Assembly (NCBI GenBank): GCA_030265395.1 | Contig: JARFYF010000002.1 | Location: 68,731,624 to 68,795,623 of the forward strand | Direction: 5' to 3' | DNA: 64,000 nucleotides | DNA from: Rhina ancylostomus | Lineage: Eukaryota | Shown here: positions 13,665 to 27,700 of the stretch, one piece after another | Position numbering within the stretch: the first letter of the stretch is position 1 | How the letters are laid out: each line of letters begins with the position of its first letter | Made by a program: the position numbers and the translations under genes | Notes under the pieces: generated by a model | Databases searched by the model: none | Seen by the model: the letters and a program-made list of their open reading frames with translations, nothing else | What the model was told of the DNA's origin: nothing

Positions 13665-14042
13665 CTGCACAATCTCCAGCATTTCACTTCTGCTAATGTA
13701 CCCATTCCCATCCAGGTCATACATACTAAACGCCCATTTCAACTTCTGTTCAAGTTTTCCCCGAGATGTAACACTAAGTGCAATTATAAATTCTCTAAAG
13801 TCAATAGTTCCGTCAGCATTTGTATCAAAGGTACGGAACACATGCTCTGCAAACTTTGAAGCATCTCCATATGGAAAAAAGTTTGCATATATTTTCTTGA
13901 ACTCTTCTACAGTTAAATGGCCACTGGGGCAATCTTTAAGGAAGCCTTTGTACCACTCCTGGAGCTCATGATCTGTGAATTCAGTATTTTCTCGCAGGTC
14001 TTGAAGCACCTCTGGACGAAGTTTACTGTTCTGCTTTCCCAT
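13665..14042 (-). CDS. HPCAL1: Hippocalcin-like protein 1 (VILIP-3), coding exon 1 (aa 1-126). The exon extends to 14063 with 21 nt of 5' UTR.
   Basis: Translation [39 protein letters not shown]...[11 protein letters not shown] is nearly identical to vertebrate HPCAL1. It has the myristoylation start MGKQNS and EF loops [12 protein letters not shown] and [12 protein letters not shown]. The acceptor is ctttctctttttcatag| (AG at 14065-14064) with a CTAAT branch-like motif near 14087. The start context AGGATGG is strong and has an in-frame upstream TAA. The donor is CAG|GTATGC at 13665/13664 (phase 0). Confidence 0.97.
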
Positions 14043-14899
14043 CCTCTTGGGTTTAGCTTAAATCTATGAAAAAGAGAAAGATAAATTAGCATGAGTGAAG
14101 CATTAAGCTAAATGGGTTATATATCCCAAGTACAACTTAAGTAATCAAGGCTCTGTAATCAGGTATCTGCAGTATTATACAATTCTCTCAGGCAAACAGG
14201 GTAATTATGTAATTCCTGCACTTCAGGTCAAAGTATCTTGTGCTATATTTTCCCATCTTTATGCATTCAGCAAAATTCACTAGGAAAATTAAAATGAGTG
14301 TATCTGAACATTTGCAGTGAGAACAAGTCTTTATTGCAATGATGTGGCACGGTGTATGATCTGAAAGCAAAGACACACATTACACAATAAAAGCNNNNNN
14401 NNNNNNNNNNNNNNNNNNNNNNNNNNNNNNNNNNNNNNNNNNNNNNNNNNNNNNNNNNNNNNNNNNNNNNNNNNNNNNNNNNNNNNNNNNNNNNTGACCA
14501 GAAAATACTGCAAGTACTAAACAAATTAGCAAGCAATAGATAGGAAGCAAACTAAACATTTCAGGTTGACATTCCTTCATCAGAACTGATGTAACAAGCA
14601 ATGCAGGAACACAGACTAAAAAGGAGTTATTAAATGATAAAAGCAATGATGATGCAAGGGAAATTGGGGAGGGAAATAGAACATGCAGAATAGATGGTAC
14701 GACTACTACTGCAGTGTTACCTTAGGATTGAATACGACTTGGAGCCCACAAAATTGGAGAGCATACAAGATAGCTGATGAGGCCAAGGAGGAACAACAGA
14801 CCCTTCCACAAAGGGCAAGTGATGGCCAACTGAATGGGCAGGAGGGTAGCTAGTGAAGTGTCCACTCCTTTCTCTAGTTGAGCAGGGCATCAGTGGGCT

Positions 14900-16060
14900 A
14901 CCAATGAACAACCTCAACATTCTCAATACCATCTCAAATAAAAGAGACTCATTTTATCTGCCAAAGTATTTGCGATAGTCATTCTCCTCCCAAAAGGCAT
15001 GTATTACTCTGCAAACTGTAGTGGATTTGCTCTGCAGCAGACAACAACTCCAAGAAAGTAACAGGGAGCTGCAGCATCAGCTATACTTGGTTTCTGACTC
15101 CAAGAGGGATTGTGGAGTATCGTTCTTGAGTTTGGCTGCCTGGAGAAATTCACTTTCATCTGGTACATGATTGCACACCAATTTTAACCAATGGCACAAC
15201 ACACCCGTTCTCAATGCAATCTAGTTTCAAGCAAAGCTGTCCATCATCACCCTAACACCTTACCCGAATTTTTCTTGTTGCAGTGCTACACATCACCTCT
15301 AACAAGCTACCCAAGACTGCATCAAATATACAAGAAACCATGAAACACTCCAATCTAAATTGCCTCCACCTCTGAACCAAAGTCAGTCCAACCCTAGACA
15401 TTAGCATGCAGATGTTTGTATGCACATACACAAAAACAAGAGGCCAAGCTCCAAATCATCATTGACTCATTTATTGGATTTACATTTAGGATTTACAAAG
15501 CAAAGCTCCTTTATCAATTTACCCCCACTGTACCACACTGCTCCCTAATAAAGGTGCACTACAATATCCTGGAATATACAGACCACTTCCCATATCTCAG
15601 GAGCCACCTCTCAGGCAGGCATTTGTGAAGCTTACCGTCACTTTCATCATACCACTGGAACCTTTGGTCATCTGAGGAATAAAGCCCAGCACAAAGCTCA
15701 TGGCCTATTGGGCAGCAATGATATACATCCTCTTGCTTACTTCTGAGGCACCTCTAAGAACCAGAAAGTTACCAACAATGCTGCCTCTACAAAATTTTCC
15801 AAATCCACTGGAAGGATAAAAGTGAACCAATGACAGTAAACAGCCCCAAGGCAACACTGTCAGTGCTCTAATCACGCTCAGCTGGATAGGCCACATGTCA
15901 GACACCCAAGACTCTAAAAATGGGCATTTTGCTCCAAGATTACCATGAAGATGGAGGAAACTACTCAATATTCTCAAAGCCTCCTTAAAAAAAAATCCCC
16001 ATTGATTTATGGGAACCCCAGCAGGCAAAGTGGAGAAACAGTATTCTAATGTTACTGAGA
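14900..16060 (+). mobile_element. Decayed RTE-clade LINE
   Basis: ORF remnant KAKLLYQ...IKVH.NILEYTDHFPYLRSHLS (RTE VDHFPYLGS motif), with QL.W.GH and D..L-type remnants downstream. Confidence 0.65.
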
Positions 16061-16119
16061 ACCTAGAATCCCCTCAAGTTAAAGACTGAAAATTGGTAAG
16101 ATCTATTCTTACAGTTGCA

Positions 16120-16590
16120 CACTTCATGGCACAATCTTTAAGACTCAGTTGGTCCACACTTGAGCTGTGCATTAGGAAAGGGTATATTTGCCCTTGTAGG
16201 AATGCAGTGCCAAATTCACCAGAATATCACTACTGACGGTGCTAGATATAGAAAAATTGCATAAATACATAGTCTCCTAGCATATAGAGGGGAGAATTTA
16301 GTTTTTAAGGATGTTGAAAGGAATGGGATAAATAATGAGAAGTCCTGGACCAGGGAATAGAACTCTGAAATTCAAGCCGGTTTATTCTGGAAGCTTGCCA
16401 TTCATGAAAACAGTGGTGGAAGTTTAGCATTCTCACAAATACACGCTAGTAACTTTAAATTACAACTTCAATAGTTGTTGCACCTAATGGTACCAAGTAC
16501 TTTGAAGTGAAGGTGGTTCGATGATGTTAGGATGATCCACCATAATAACCTCGATAAATGACAGGACAGGCTCAAGTGAGCTGATCCTTT
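16120..16590 (+). mobile_element. Old CR1 3' fragment
   Basis: Remnants ggtccacacttgag...ggaatgcagtgccaaattcaccaga...ggaccaggga...caggacaggctcaag match the CR1 C-terminus and 3' UTR layout. Confidence 0.5.
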
Positions 16591-17449
16591 TCAGAGACTT
16601 CAGTACTCTGAGTGAGATTTTATCAGAAGCCATTGTAATTTAAGGCCCCAAGATTAATAATGTGCTGAGCGTTTCTTTAAGTGCAGGTGACAGCTGGAGG
16701 AAACGTTGGGAGGATGGTAGCCAGATTGTTTATCTGCAAATGAAGCACATGAAAGCCTAGACTTCTGTATGTGCTTCAGGAACTTTTCTTGGAGAGGTGA
16801 GAAGCTTTCAGTTGATCAGGACAACCAAGAGCAAGATTTAACCAATATTTAAAGCTCAATAATGAAATTTACTAGGTTTAGCTAGTATTTAAGAAAACAT
16901 TGGTTACATTACTTTGCAGTAACGAGAGTTTTGAAATGCCAGAGTGCACAAAGCATAGACTCTCATTATTGGCATTTATAAAATCAAAACTAATTAGCTT
17001 CTTAGTGTATCAGTGTATGTTGTGATACCAAGATTCACAATTATGAGGTTAACAGAAAGATATCAACTGTAGCAATAAATGGATTGCTAACACTGACATG
17101 TTTACTGCTTTACAAGGTTGAGTTTTGGTCACAGGGAAGTACAGCTGTGTCCATAGTTTTTGGGAGGGGCCTGGTGAATAAGCAAGGCTACAGTCCCTCC
17201 TAACTATCATTAAACATGTTAGCATTAGACACAGGATAAACAATGTTTATGTTGAATGCATCTCCTCCAAAAGTGACCACTTTTGAATGTCACCCTGCAT
17301 CCTTTCAGTAGGCAGCATATTTGAGAGAACCAAAAATTTAAAAAAATGCAAAATGAGGAGGAGGAAAAAAAATTGTACTTTGAGGATGTGTTCAGCAGAA
17401 CCACTGACCAAGTGGCATTGCCCAAAGGACAGCCCATAGACTGTGCCTG

Positions 17450-18150
17450 CACCAGGTGGCAACAGAACACCAGGGAAAAGCCATCTTATTCTTTCCCTCA
17501 ACAATCCAAGTCTCACAGATACATGATATTAGGAGTGACTTCTCCACAGTTCATGGGGCGGAGTTCCAGCTTTAAACTGAGCACACTCTCCATGATCAAC
17601 AAGTTAAATTGTAGAGATACAGAACAGACCCAGTGCTCAAAACTGGCCACATGGCAAAGGACTACGTGCCATTTGAACTGCACTGCAGCTCTATTCAATC
17701 TTATGCTCTAAGACCTCTCTCTCACTCTACCATTATCAAACCAGGGGGCAAATGCTTTCCAATCCCTTTCCATCACCTACACATCAGGGACATGCTGGAA
17801 TGCTATTCAGCTGCTTAGATAAATGCAGCACTAGTACCTGAGAATTTCAGCACCATTCACTACAAAGCAGCCCACTAGATCAGCACTCCAGCTAGCATCT
17901 TAAACATACCACATCGGCACACTGCAGCAACTTGTCTTGGCTTATCCATCAATGTCACCATGACATGCAACTTCTACCACCTAGGATGGCAAAGATAGCA
18001 GGCGTGCAGGACCACTATCTCAGTCGCACCCTATCCTGGCTTGGAAACAAGTCATTCCTGAGTCAAAGAAACCTTGAATTCCCTCCATCTCAATGCCAAG
18101 GAAAACTTTCTCTACAAATACTACAAGAACTCAAGGCTATGGCTCCCTGA
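17450..18150 (+). mobile_element. Decayed 3' part of a LINE similar to the 52-55 kb element
   Basis: IRDMLECYSAA...IH.KAA.L remnants, and ttctaccacctaggatggcaaagatagcagg matching the reverse complement of about 52440-52490. Confidence 0.55.
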
Positions 18151-19339
18151 ATTATTTTATAAAAATGTGCATTTACTAGATTATGGTCTATCAAAAGTTT
18201 TCTTCCTTTTTGCACTTATTCATTCAGTTCAGAAAATTTACAAATTTTTGCTGTTCCTTTGGCAAACATACATTTAGTGTAATTCTGCATCAGCTAATCA
18301 TCTCTTTTAAGAACTGGAATGGCTCTTTATACTAGAGAGCAAAACATGGTCCCAGAATTGCTGGCAAAAGTCAGCTCTTGCCATCTCCTCAGTTTCTACT
18401 TCAAGCTTCAAATTCACAGGTGAATCAATTAATGGTTCCCAGATGGCAGTGATGTTGAAATGTAAACAGAGCGGAGGTAACAAAATGATGGGCCCTCAAT
18501 CCGTCCAAATGCACCAACTCAATATACAACATCAAGCTAGGAGGAATAAACCAAGGAAGGTCAAAAGGGATGCACAATAATCCTTACTTTTGTAAATATG
18601 CAAGGTTCAAAAGGTGTTAAAACTCCGTAAAACAATGTCCAAATGTAATAGTTAACCCAAGGAAAAACTAAAAGAGCCAAACTGTACAAACTAAATTCAG
18701 TTTTCAAATACTTCAAAGATATGTTGTGAATGCCCGAGAACTATGCAGAGCTGCAAATGGCAGTTGTCTGTCTGCATTTAACGAATGACAAGGAGCAGGC
18801 ATGTGGAGATGCCACATTTGGGAACTTGTTGGATTTGAAAGGCATTTGATCTGTCCAGGTTGATATCGCTGAAACTGAGGGGACAGAACGGTCACTGAGC
18901 CAAGAAACAGAAAATCAGAATACACTGACAAGTACTGTAACTCAGCAATACATGATACAATATTAAAGTTCTCTTCCCCCCCCCCCCACATTTAAAATGC
19001 TAAAATGGCTCGAGCCGATTTTAAACACTAAAATCAGAACACTTAAAACTAAACTAATATAAATTTAAGTGTTGATTGTTAATTTTAGATTTACCTTGAC
19101 ACTGGTGCGATGTATTTTAGGCACTGACGTTAATCTATAGGTAAGTAGGGGATTTAGGTCTTACTGACTTCAATAAGTAGACAATTCAGTATTAAATTAT
19201 ATTAGGGAACTAGCCTGCTGATCAAAGAACCCAGCATTAAAACCATTTACTTTTATCATTTATTTAGACTTTTGAACCAAATGCTACCACTCATGCTGTC
19301 TCTGCACAATCCTTCAAAACAATTGGATGGATCAGTGAG

Positions 19340-19770
19340 CCAAATGTCAGCAGTCTCTCTCAGGCCAATATGCTCAGCAGCAAAGCTTTAATTACATTTA
19401 GTCAGCTCAAATGGGCAGACCACGTCATTTGCATACCTGACACCAAACTCCCAAAACAAACACTCAGGACTCTGTCAAGGCTACCACAGAAAACAAGGAT
19501 ATTCTCAATTCTTCCCTCAGGGTGGGGAGTACCATTCCTCATCAACTCAGGCATATGACAACTCAAAATGAAAATGTCCAGAATGGGACCTCAGGAACAG
19601 GAGCACAAGTAAATCCAATAGAAAAAGTTAGGAATGCACCACCTCCTATCCAGCCAATCCATCAAGAATCATCTGCCCCATCTTAGCCACAAACTGGATC
19701 TCACAAGAGCCTCATCAGCCACCTCAGAACCCACAGAAATGAATTGGAAGCAAGACAACCTCAAGGAAAA
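19340..19770 (+). mobile_element. RTE LINE 3' end fragment
   Basis: SQANMLSSKALITFSQLKWADHVICIPDTKLPKQ resembles the RTE QLRWAGHV.RMPD.RLPKQ motif; tail ggaagcaagacaacctcaagg. Confidence 0.7.
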
Positions 19771-21414
19771 GCTTAAGACCACTATCATTCTACTGCTTTC
19801 TGCTGGTATTACTCAAAACATGACTTTGTATTTAAGATGGTCCAAATGTATCTTAAGGAAAACAATACCCCAGAAAAAAATTAAGAAACCGGGGGGGGGG
19901 GGGGGGGGNNNNNNNNNNNNNNNNNNNNNNNNNNNNNNNNNNNNNNNNNNNNNNNNNNNNNNNNNNNNNNNNNNNNNNNNNNNNNNNNNNNNNNNNNNNN
20001 NNNNNNNNGACCACTTTCCTTTTGATTCTTTTGAAATTAAACCTTGCTGTATCTCAACCCAAAAATTATTAAAAGCCCCATGGGAGTATAAACACAGTGA
20101 ATTCTGTAGTTCAAAAAGGTCAACGTTTCCCCAAGTTAGATCCTACTTTTCACATCTGCTGGCAGGATTTAAATTTACTACATTGCCGGAAGTTGTCTAA
20201 GATACTTTGTGACACAGCTTTTGTTCTTAGGCAGATATATAACCAGGTGGATCATGAACTCATGAGTGATCAAGGTATACAGTGACACAAGTACAAAACA
20301 CCACAGGTTTAATTAACTGTACAAAATGGGTTCTCTACAGCAGTAGACATCTCCCCAGCAAAATCCCAGTGCTTTTAAAATCTACTGCAACAGGGTAGGC
20401 GTCCAAAAGTAACTTTTCCACTTTCATCGCCAATGACGACAAATCATTACATCACATTCCCCTCAAATGCATATTAAAAACCAAATGAAACAGGGAACAA
20501 TTATCCAAGGATTGTCAAACAAGAAAAATATTTTTATCATGTACCATAAATGAAGCACATTTCCTAACATGTCACTGTGAGAAACTGAAGGTAATGCCAG
20601 CAATTGTGCAAGGAATGATGCCTAAGTGAGTACTTAAAAATAGGTTTTATGGAGGGTCTTATAAAAGACAAGGACATGGAGAGGTTTGGAAGAACATCCC
20701 AGAAAGAGCAGGAAAGTTGAGTAAAATTGTGCTTGCTTACATGCATCTGTGGAGTTCTTAATTTTGGAGCAGGGAGCTGCCAATAAACAATATAGTTCAG
20801 AGAAATTGTTCTGAGACTACATGCCCATGCAACAGTATTCATGTTGTTTGATATCCAGGTCAGTCAGAAAACAGATGTTAAGGGATAAATTAAGCTAGTT
20901 ACCCACTTATCCAGAAATTAATTGCTTCTCTTGTGATCACCCAAAGGCAAATAAACCAAACAGGTTAATATTAATTGCCCAACAGCAGCCACATTTGGAA
21001 GTGTTGCCTGCTTACATCAAACCAAAACACTAAAGTTGTTCTTCACTAGATGGCCAAAAAAGACCCAAAGTCAGTTGTGGTTTAGCCTACAATGATTGCA
21101 ATTTTGCAAATTACTCTTATTCTTTCAATGTGTAAAAAAATTTAAATATGATGTTACTCCCCCTTCTTCATTTGCATGAACGTAAAGCTTGGTAAACTAA
21201 TTTAAAAATACTAAATTGCATGGGATTAAAAACAAATTTCAGCTATATTAGTTGAGTTTAATGATATCTCAAATACAAAAATATATATTTTCACATGTTC
21301 AGATACATGAACATGTAGGACTTGACCATTGCTTGAAGGCAGAATGGTAATAATGGACATAACTGTGCTTTAAATCATTCCATTAATGTTCAAATACAAA
21401 AGGAGCACCAATAC

Positions 21415-21727
21415 ACTATAAGCCTGCCCCCAGGTAATGAATAGGTTCTTTTTTTTTTAAAAAGCAAACATCCACAAGTCCAGAAATACACAAAAAAAAC
21501 CACTCGATATGGTAACCATACCTCCACAGTATTGTTTTGAATAACAAAAAGCACACAAAACTGCTAAGGATAATTATTAAAAGTGGAGAGCAAGGGAGAG
21601 GAAACTAGTTTTGACCTTCTTAGGAGGAAGCATATACACATACATCAGACTTTTGAATTTATTATGGGAGTTTGCTTGTATGTAGGGAGTGTCCATAAGT
21701 CAGGCATCTGTAACCTGGGGATGGTAT
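21415..21727. mobile_element. Decayed Tigger/pogo-like MITE
   Basis: Imperfect terminal inverted repeats ccccaggtaa (21428-21437) and taacctgggg (21711-21720), with subterminal gtccataagtcaggcatctgtaa of Tigger type. Confidence 0.45.
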
Positions 21728-23549
21728 TAATTATCATTTGCCTCTTCTATATGGATCCAATGATTTTGCTCCTCATTTTGCTTATAAAGCAATATTTTAT
21801 GGAAGTAATGTAGTTCTTCATTAATACTGAATGAATAGTTAAGGGTCAATATTTAATAGTTCTAGTAGTTGAAGGAATATTGGCCAGCTCTAGAAGATAA
21901 TGCCTTTGTTCTTTTTGGAATATTAAGATGAATTCTTCAGATTACATTTCAACTACATTTAAATGAAAGGCAGCACCCAAATGAAATGACTTCCTTTCCG
22001 AGCAGTCTTATGGATTTAAACCCATACCTTTAAGGGAATGGAAAAAATGCAAATACATCAACATTCTGCTCATTTCCAATTAAGCCACAAAAACTTTAGT
22101 GTGGTCAATTGCCATTGACTTGAACCAAATGGAAAAAATAATATTTGATGTATAAATGCTCCAGTTAAACAGGAGGTAAGGTTAGTTAACAGCTTTCCTT
22201 ATTAAATAAATGTTCATGCAGCCATACTTGGAGTCAGAGAGATCAGTTGGTGTCAATGGGGAAAGAAAAGCAAATATTATAATTAATTTTAATAAGTATT
22301 CTCAACATTAATGCTTTAAATTACCAAAAGCACGAGGTGAAACTAGCAATAGAGCCCTTGGATGTATGAAGAACTATAAGAAGTCCAGTAGGATGAGTGT
22401 TTAATTATAGCTGACTACTGGAGCATAGAAAAAACCATAACGACTCAATGCAGTAACCTGGTAGCGTTCTGGAACTGTTGTTTCGCTTAAGCTTCAAGAT
22501 ACAAAACAAAAACGAGAGATGTTACAAGTGGAAATGAGCAAGAAGTTTCCTGGTTTAGATTTTGTAATGACTTTTTAAATATGTAGCACACATAACATGG
22601 TAGGCCAAAGGGCCTGTATTGTATTGTTCTAATCTAGAGAATGTCATAAAACAGAAAATGTTCAAAATGTTGAAGTTAAAATACTACCACCCCACTAACC
22701 TAGTAACTTCAGTAAGAACGAACTTTTTACTCCATTACTCCTCAGTGCAGAGATTAAACCCTAATGTTCTTTTATTTGCATGTGTATTTCATTCAAATCC
22801 TGACTTTGATTTCTCTCCAAGCTATTCTTCTATTTCATGGGAAGTTGATCATTGTTGTGGGTTTGCCGGTCCAATCCTGAAAATGTACAAGATATGATTC
22901 TTCCATTAAGCCCTTAGTCTTTGTTGCAACAATGTCTCCATTTCAAAAGTACTTTACACTGACTAAAGCAGTTTGGAATACTCAAAAGGTGCCTTAAAGA
23001 TTCCTCTTTATCACATGACCCATCTCCTTCCTTGAAGAATTTACTTCCTTGAGAATTTATTATGTAGCTGGAGGAGACTTCTAAAGATTCATTTGTGTCA
23101 GTATGTCCAACAATACTGACAACACCTAAACAGGGACACAAGATAAATTTGGATACAAGAAATACATTGATGTGAATAGATTCTAAAATTTAGGAGTACC
23201 AGGAATTGCTGCACAACAGTAATACAAATAAATTGAGATGTCATGCAGAATGAAAGAGAATAAGGACAGGGGAGCAAAGGGAGAGAGGACACAACTTAGG
23301 AACACAAGGCTACTCAGATCCTCATGCCTACCTTACCAGTTAATAAGATAATGATTACTCTTGTAGTAATCTCAACTCCTTATTCTTATCTACTCACAGT
23401 AACCCTTCACCCCTCTCTGCCTCAAAGATACCCAAAATATTATACTCAAAATATTTTGCTTCTACCAACCTCTCAGGAAGTTCAAAAGATTCAAAGAGGG
23501 AAAAAAAAATCTAGAAATAGCCATTACTGTATTTTAAAAAATATAATAC

Positions 23550-23790
23550 AGTAATGCCCATTTCTAGATGCTCCTACAAGAGGAAACATCCTCTCCATAT
23601 CCACTGTCAAGGTCCCTCAGGAACTTGCACTGCTAATCAGGTCCCCTCTCACTCTTCTAAACTCCAGCAGATACTGTATTACTCTAGCCTGTCCAACCTT
23701 TCCTCATAAGGGGGCCCATCTTTTCCAGGTCATGGTCAAGGAAACCTTTGAACCACTTCCAATGCATTAATATCCTTCCTTAAAATCAAT
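23550..23790 (-). mobile_element. CR1 3' fragment
   Basis: ttctagatgctcctacaagaggaaacatcctctc...tccaacctttcctcataag encodes a YEERLDRL remnant on the minus strand. Confidence 0.7.
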
Positions 23791-23859
23791 AAGAGAAAGC
23801 AATGATAAAAACAAAACTGCATGAAGAAAATGGGGTGAGGATACTACTCAAGAGAACTG

Positions 23860-24760
23860 ACAGCAAACACAACCAGGCACATCTTCCCCTCCCCCCACTT
23901 TCCACAGGGATTGTTCTCTCCATGATCTCTTTGTCCACTTGTCCCTCCCCACTGATGACCGTCCTGGCACTTATCCCTACAACTGTGCAAAGTGCCACAC
24001 CTGTCCCTACACCTCTTCCCTCACCACCATTCAGGGCCCTAGACAGTCCTCGCAGGTGAGGCGAGCACTTCACCCATGAATCCAAGGGTGTCATTTATTG
24101 TATCTGGTGCGGCCCCCTCTGCATCAGTAAGGCCCGCAGATTGGGTGACTGCTTTGTTGAGTACCTTTACTCTGCCGCAAAAGCAAGGATGCCCAGTGGC
24201 CAGCCACTTCAATTCCACATCCCATTCCCATACTGACACTTCTATCTACAGCCCCTTCTACTGCCACATTGAGGCCAGACACAGGTTGTAGGAACATCAC
24301 CTCATATTCTGCCTTGGTATTCTCCAACCTGGCAGCTTCAACATTGATTTTGCTACCTTCCAGTAACCCCTCCCTTCTTCCACACACTCCCCCTCCCATC
24401 CACCCTCATTCCTGTGGCCCTCTCCCCAGCTCTCATGACCTGCCCATCTATTCCCATCTCCTTCCCTTTTCCAATAGTCTACTGCCCTCTCCAACAAGAT
24501 TCCTTCTTCAGCCCTTTGCCTCTTCTACCCATCATCTCTCAGCTTCTTGCACCTCCCCTCACCTACCTACACTCTTCGCCGCCACACCCCCGCCCCAATC
24601 ACTCTACAAGCCTCTGCTCCTCCTCTTCTGACCTTCTTATTCTGGCTTCTGCCCTCTTCCTTACCAGTCCTGATGAAAAGTCTCGACCCAAAACTTCAGC
24701 TGTTCATTTCCCTCCATAGGTGCACCCTGACCTGCTGAGTTCTTCCTGCACTGTGTTGTT
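23860..24760 (+). mobile_element. Penelope-like element relic: GIY-YIG endonuclease, pyrimidine tract and terminal module
   Basis: Frameshifted PGTYPYNCAKCHTCPYTSSLTTIQGP...GVIYCIWC...LGDCFVEYL...PVASHFNSTSHSHTD...EHHLIFCLGILQP..FNIDF, then a CT-rich tract and cagtcctgatga...tgacctgctgagttcttcc. Confidence 0.85.
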
Positions 24761-27700
24761 ATAGCAAACAACATTATGGAGTATACTGCACTGGACTATG
24801 TTCTCCAAACAAAATCACCACCAGCATTCCTTGTACACATGCACTTACCTGGCCTGTCTTTGGACCTCATTCAAAGGCACAAAGGCCAAACAATAACTGC
24901 GCAGAGATCCTGTCCTTGAAATGCCCTGACTGCCTTTTAATGAAAGCGAAAGTAGGAGTAAACTTCTGCTTTCTATCAAAGTCATCATTGTTTTAAAATG
25001 TCTTAAATGACCCGAACATTAAAGAAACAGTTAGCATTGAAATAAATTAAAAACATATCATTGAAAACATTAAACTAAACTAATCAACTTGTCTTTCCCT
25101 CTGTATCTGTAAGTCTATTGAAATCAATGGATCTTGGTTCCTGCTCCAGGAAAAACCCAAAGGATCAGAGCAATGATTCTCTAGCATAATGCAAAGTAAT
25201 TCCAGCCAATAGCCTCTATGGAAAGTCCAAAAGTACATTGACCATATAGTGACAGAGTCAGACCCAATTCCATCACTAAATCAGTGCATACATATGCAAG
25301 CTCAGAAGTTTGATTTAGCTGAAACTACTAGCCCTTGCCAGCTATTTGGCCTCATACAAAGGAGAAAAATAAAACATACTTTGAATCCAGAAAACTAAAG
25401 GCTTTTTGAAGCTGTGAATAAGCTTCAAGAGTTCATGGAATGAAGGGAAAAAATGATTTGAGGAAAACATTAACTTCTTCAGATATTTTAAACTGGTTGT
25501 AAAATGGCCCTTTACCCGAAAGCACATGGAGAGAGTGAGTGAAAACAATAAGCGTTTTCTAAAACTCAACTGAATGTTTTGTCAAAGGACCTCCTCACCA
25601 CACATCACTGAAATCCAAATCTATAAATTCAAAGTAAACCAATAATGCTTCAGCACAGAAATCCCATCCAATGTTTNNNNNNNNNNNNNNNNNNNNNNNN
25701 NNNNNNNNNNNNNNNNNNNNNNNNNNNNNNNNNNNNNNNNNNNNNNNNNNNNNNNNNNNNNNNNNNNNNNNNNNNNTTTTGAGTCACATATCAAAATTAA
25801 TTTTTCCAGAACAAAGGGGCTTGTAATGTTACAACCACATAATGCCTAGATGGAAAGTCCAGACAGAAATCTAAAAAAAATTCTCATTATCACAGCTGTT
25901 ATAAACATTTGGTTCAGTTTACATTTGGCACTAAGCTCCATAGATTTTAATCATGAAGTTGTTTTCCCAAGTCAATACATCTTTGTTAGGGGCAGGTATA
26001 TTATTTGAAGGTCAAAACAAAATATTATATCTTTTAAAGGCCAATTGGCTTTAAATACCTTGTTGTTCAGACTTTTAATCCCTTAGCTGCTTATGGGCCA
26101 TTTTTCAAAGCAACTATGAATCTGAAATACTAAAGATGTACTTTAAAATTATTGAAAACAAAACCTTCAGCTCATGGTGAATGTCCAATAAGTAGAAACC
26201 AATTCTAAAGAGTTCCAGAAATTTGAGGGCAATTCACTTGTATCGTTTGGGTCAGTGACATTTTAGTGCAATTCTAAATTTTGTCGTCACAAAATTCTTC
26301 TCCAAAAAAAAACACCACTAAACTAAATCTGTTCCATAATCATTTGTCACAGATGAAATTTTATTACATACAGCCAAGAAGCACTGCTCATATCAACCCA
26401 GACTTAATACCCAAATACATCAAACCCAAGTCAAATAAAATCTTGGATAACAAATGCACCAAAACAGAATAATTAGTCTAAAATTGATAGTCTGAATAGT
26501 TAATAATTTATCCTTATTTAACTAATGATTATTCAACCTCAAGTTCTGAAAATACCATGTCAGCTATGAAGTCTTCCAGGACAAATGTATTACTATTAGG
26601 CTAATTCTGATTTCAACCAAGTTTTACTGATGTAAAAACTGAGCACAAATATAAAAAGCAAACACTTGTTTGTAAAACATACATGTCTATTTAAAGAGAC
26701 ATCTAATGCTGCCACATTGTTAACAGTCATTACTCAAGGGGAGTAACTGACTCAATTAATTTACCACTATTTAGGCCCCGATTTATCAAATCCGACATTA
26801 AGTATAAATCATGAAGTCCCCATCATAAAAAACTGTGGCAAAATGTTTCTTTAAAGCAGGCTTCACTAAGGAAAAAAGTTCATTTTGAACAAAGTGTCAC
26901 ATATTCACTATATTACAATTTAATAAAATAAGTTGCTTCCATGTTGGTTGACATTTTTTTTTGAACATTCAAACAGTTCAAGGCATCCAAAAGGTGGGCT
27001 GGAGCAGGGGTAGATTGAGGAGGATTCATGGCATCATTTTCTATTCATTTCCCCAATTCAAAAACTCAAAATGCTATGGCATATTTAGCATTAACCAGAC
27101 CACCAGATAGCAAATTTGATATAGTTAGAATCAAATCAAGGACAAGGATCCCAAACATCATTCGCTCAGATGGATTCACACATGATCTTCAGATGCTTTA
27201 TCAAATGCTTTCAAGTATTGGTTCTTGTTGAAAATGACTTCCATGTTTGTTCCTGAGGGGAATGACTTGCAGCTATTGCACACAGCAGTAACCAAACCCC
27301 AATGTAATGGCAGTGAAATAGTTTGATGAAAGATAGACACACACCTAACATAAATGGTATTGATTGCTTCAAACTGGACAAATTAGTTCTTTGTAAAGAA
27401 AAATAAAAAAACTTTAGGTACTTGAAATCTGAAACAAAAAAGGCTGGAAGTGCTCAGCAGGTTAGACAGCAACTAGGAAAAGAGAAACAGTTACTATTTC
27501 AGGTTGAAGACCCTTCTTCAGATCATTCTTGGGAAAGCCAAAGGAAAACAAGGACAATTCTAAGTTGCAGAGAAGGTGGGGTGGAGGTAAGAAAGATGAA
27601 CAATGTAAGAAACAACTCTTTCAAGATTAATTCTTTGATATTTGTTTAAACGCACATGTTGATCATTGTTAATACATCTAGAGAGAGGAGTCTTGCATCA

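Noticed and set aside
13539-13971. Plus-strand ORFs overlapping HPCAL1 coding exon 1
   Set aside because: They are antisense shadows of the real exon with no recognisable protein features.
17846-17866. REST/NRSE left half-site TTCAGCACCA
   Set aside because: There is no GGACAG right half, and it lies inside a decayed LINE.
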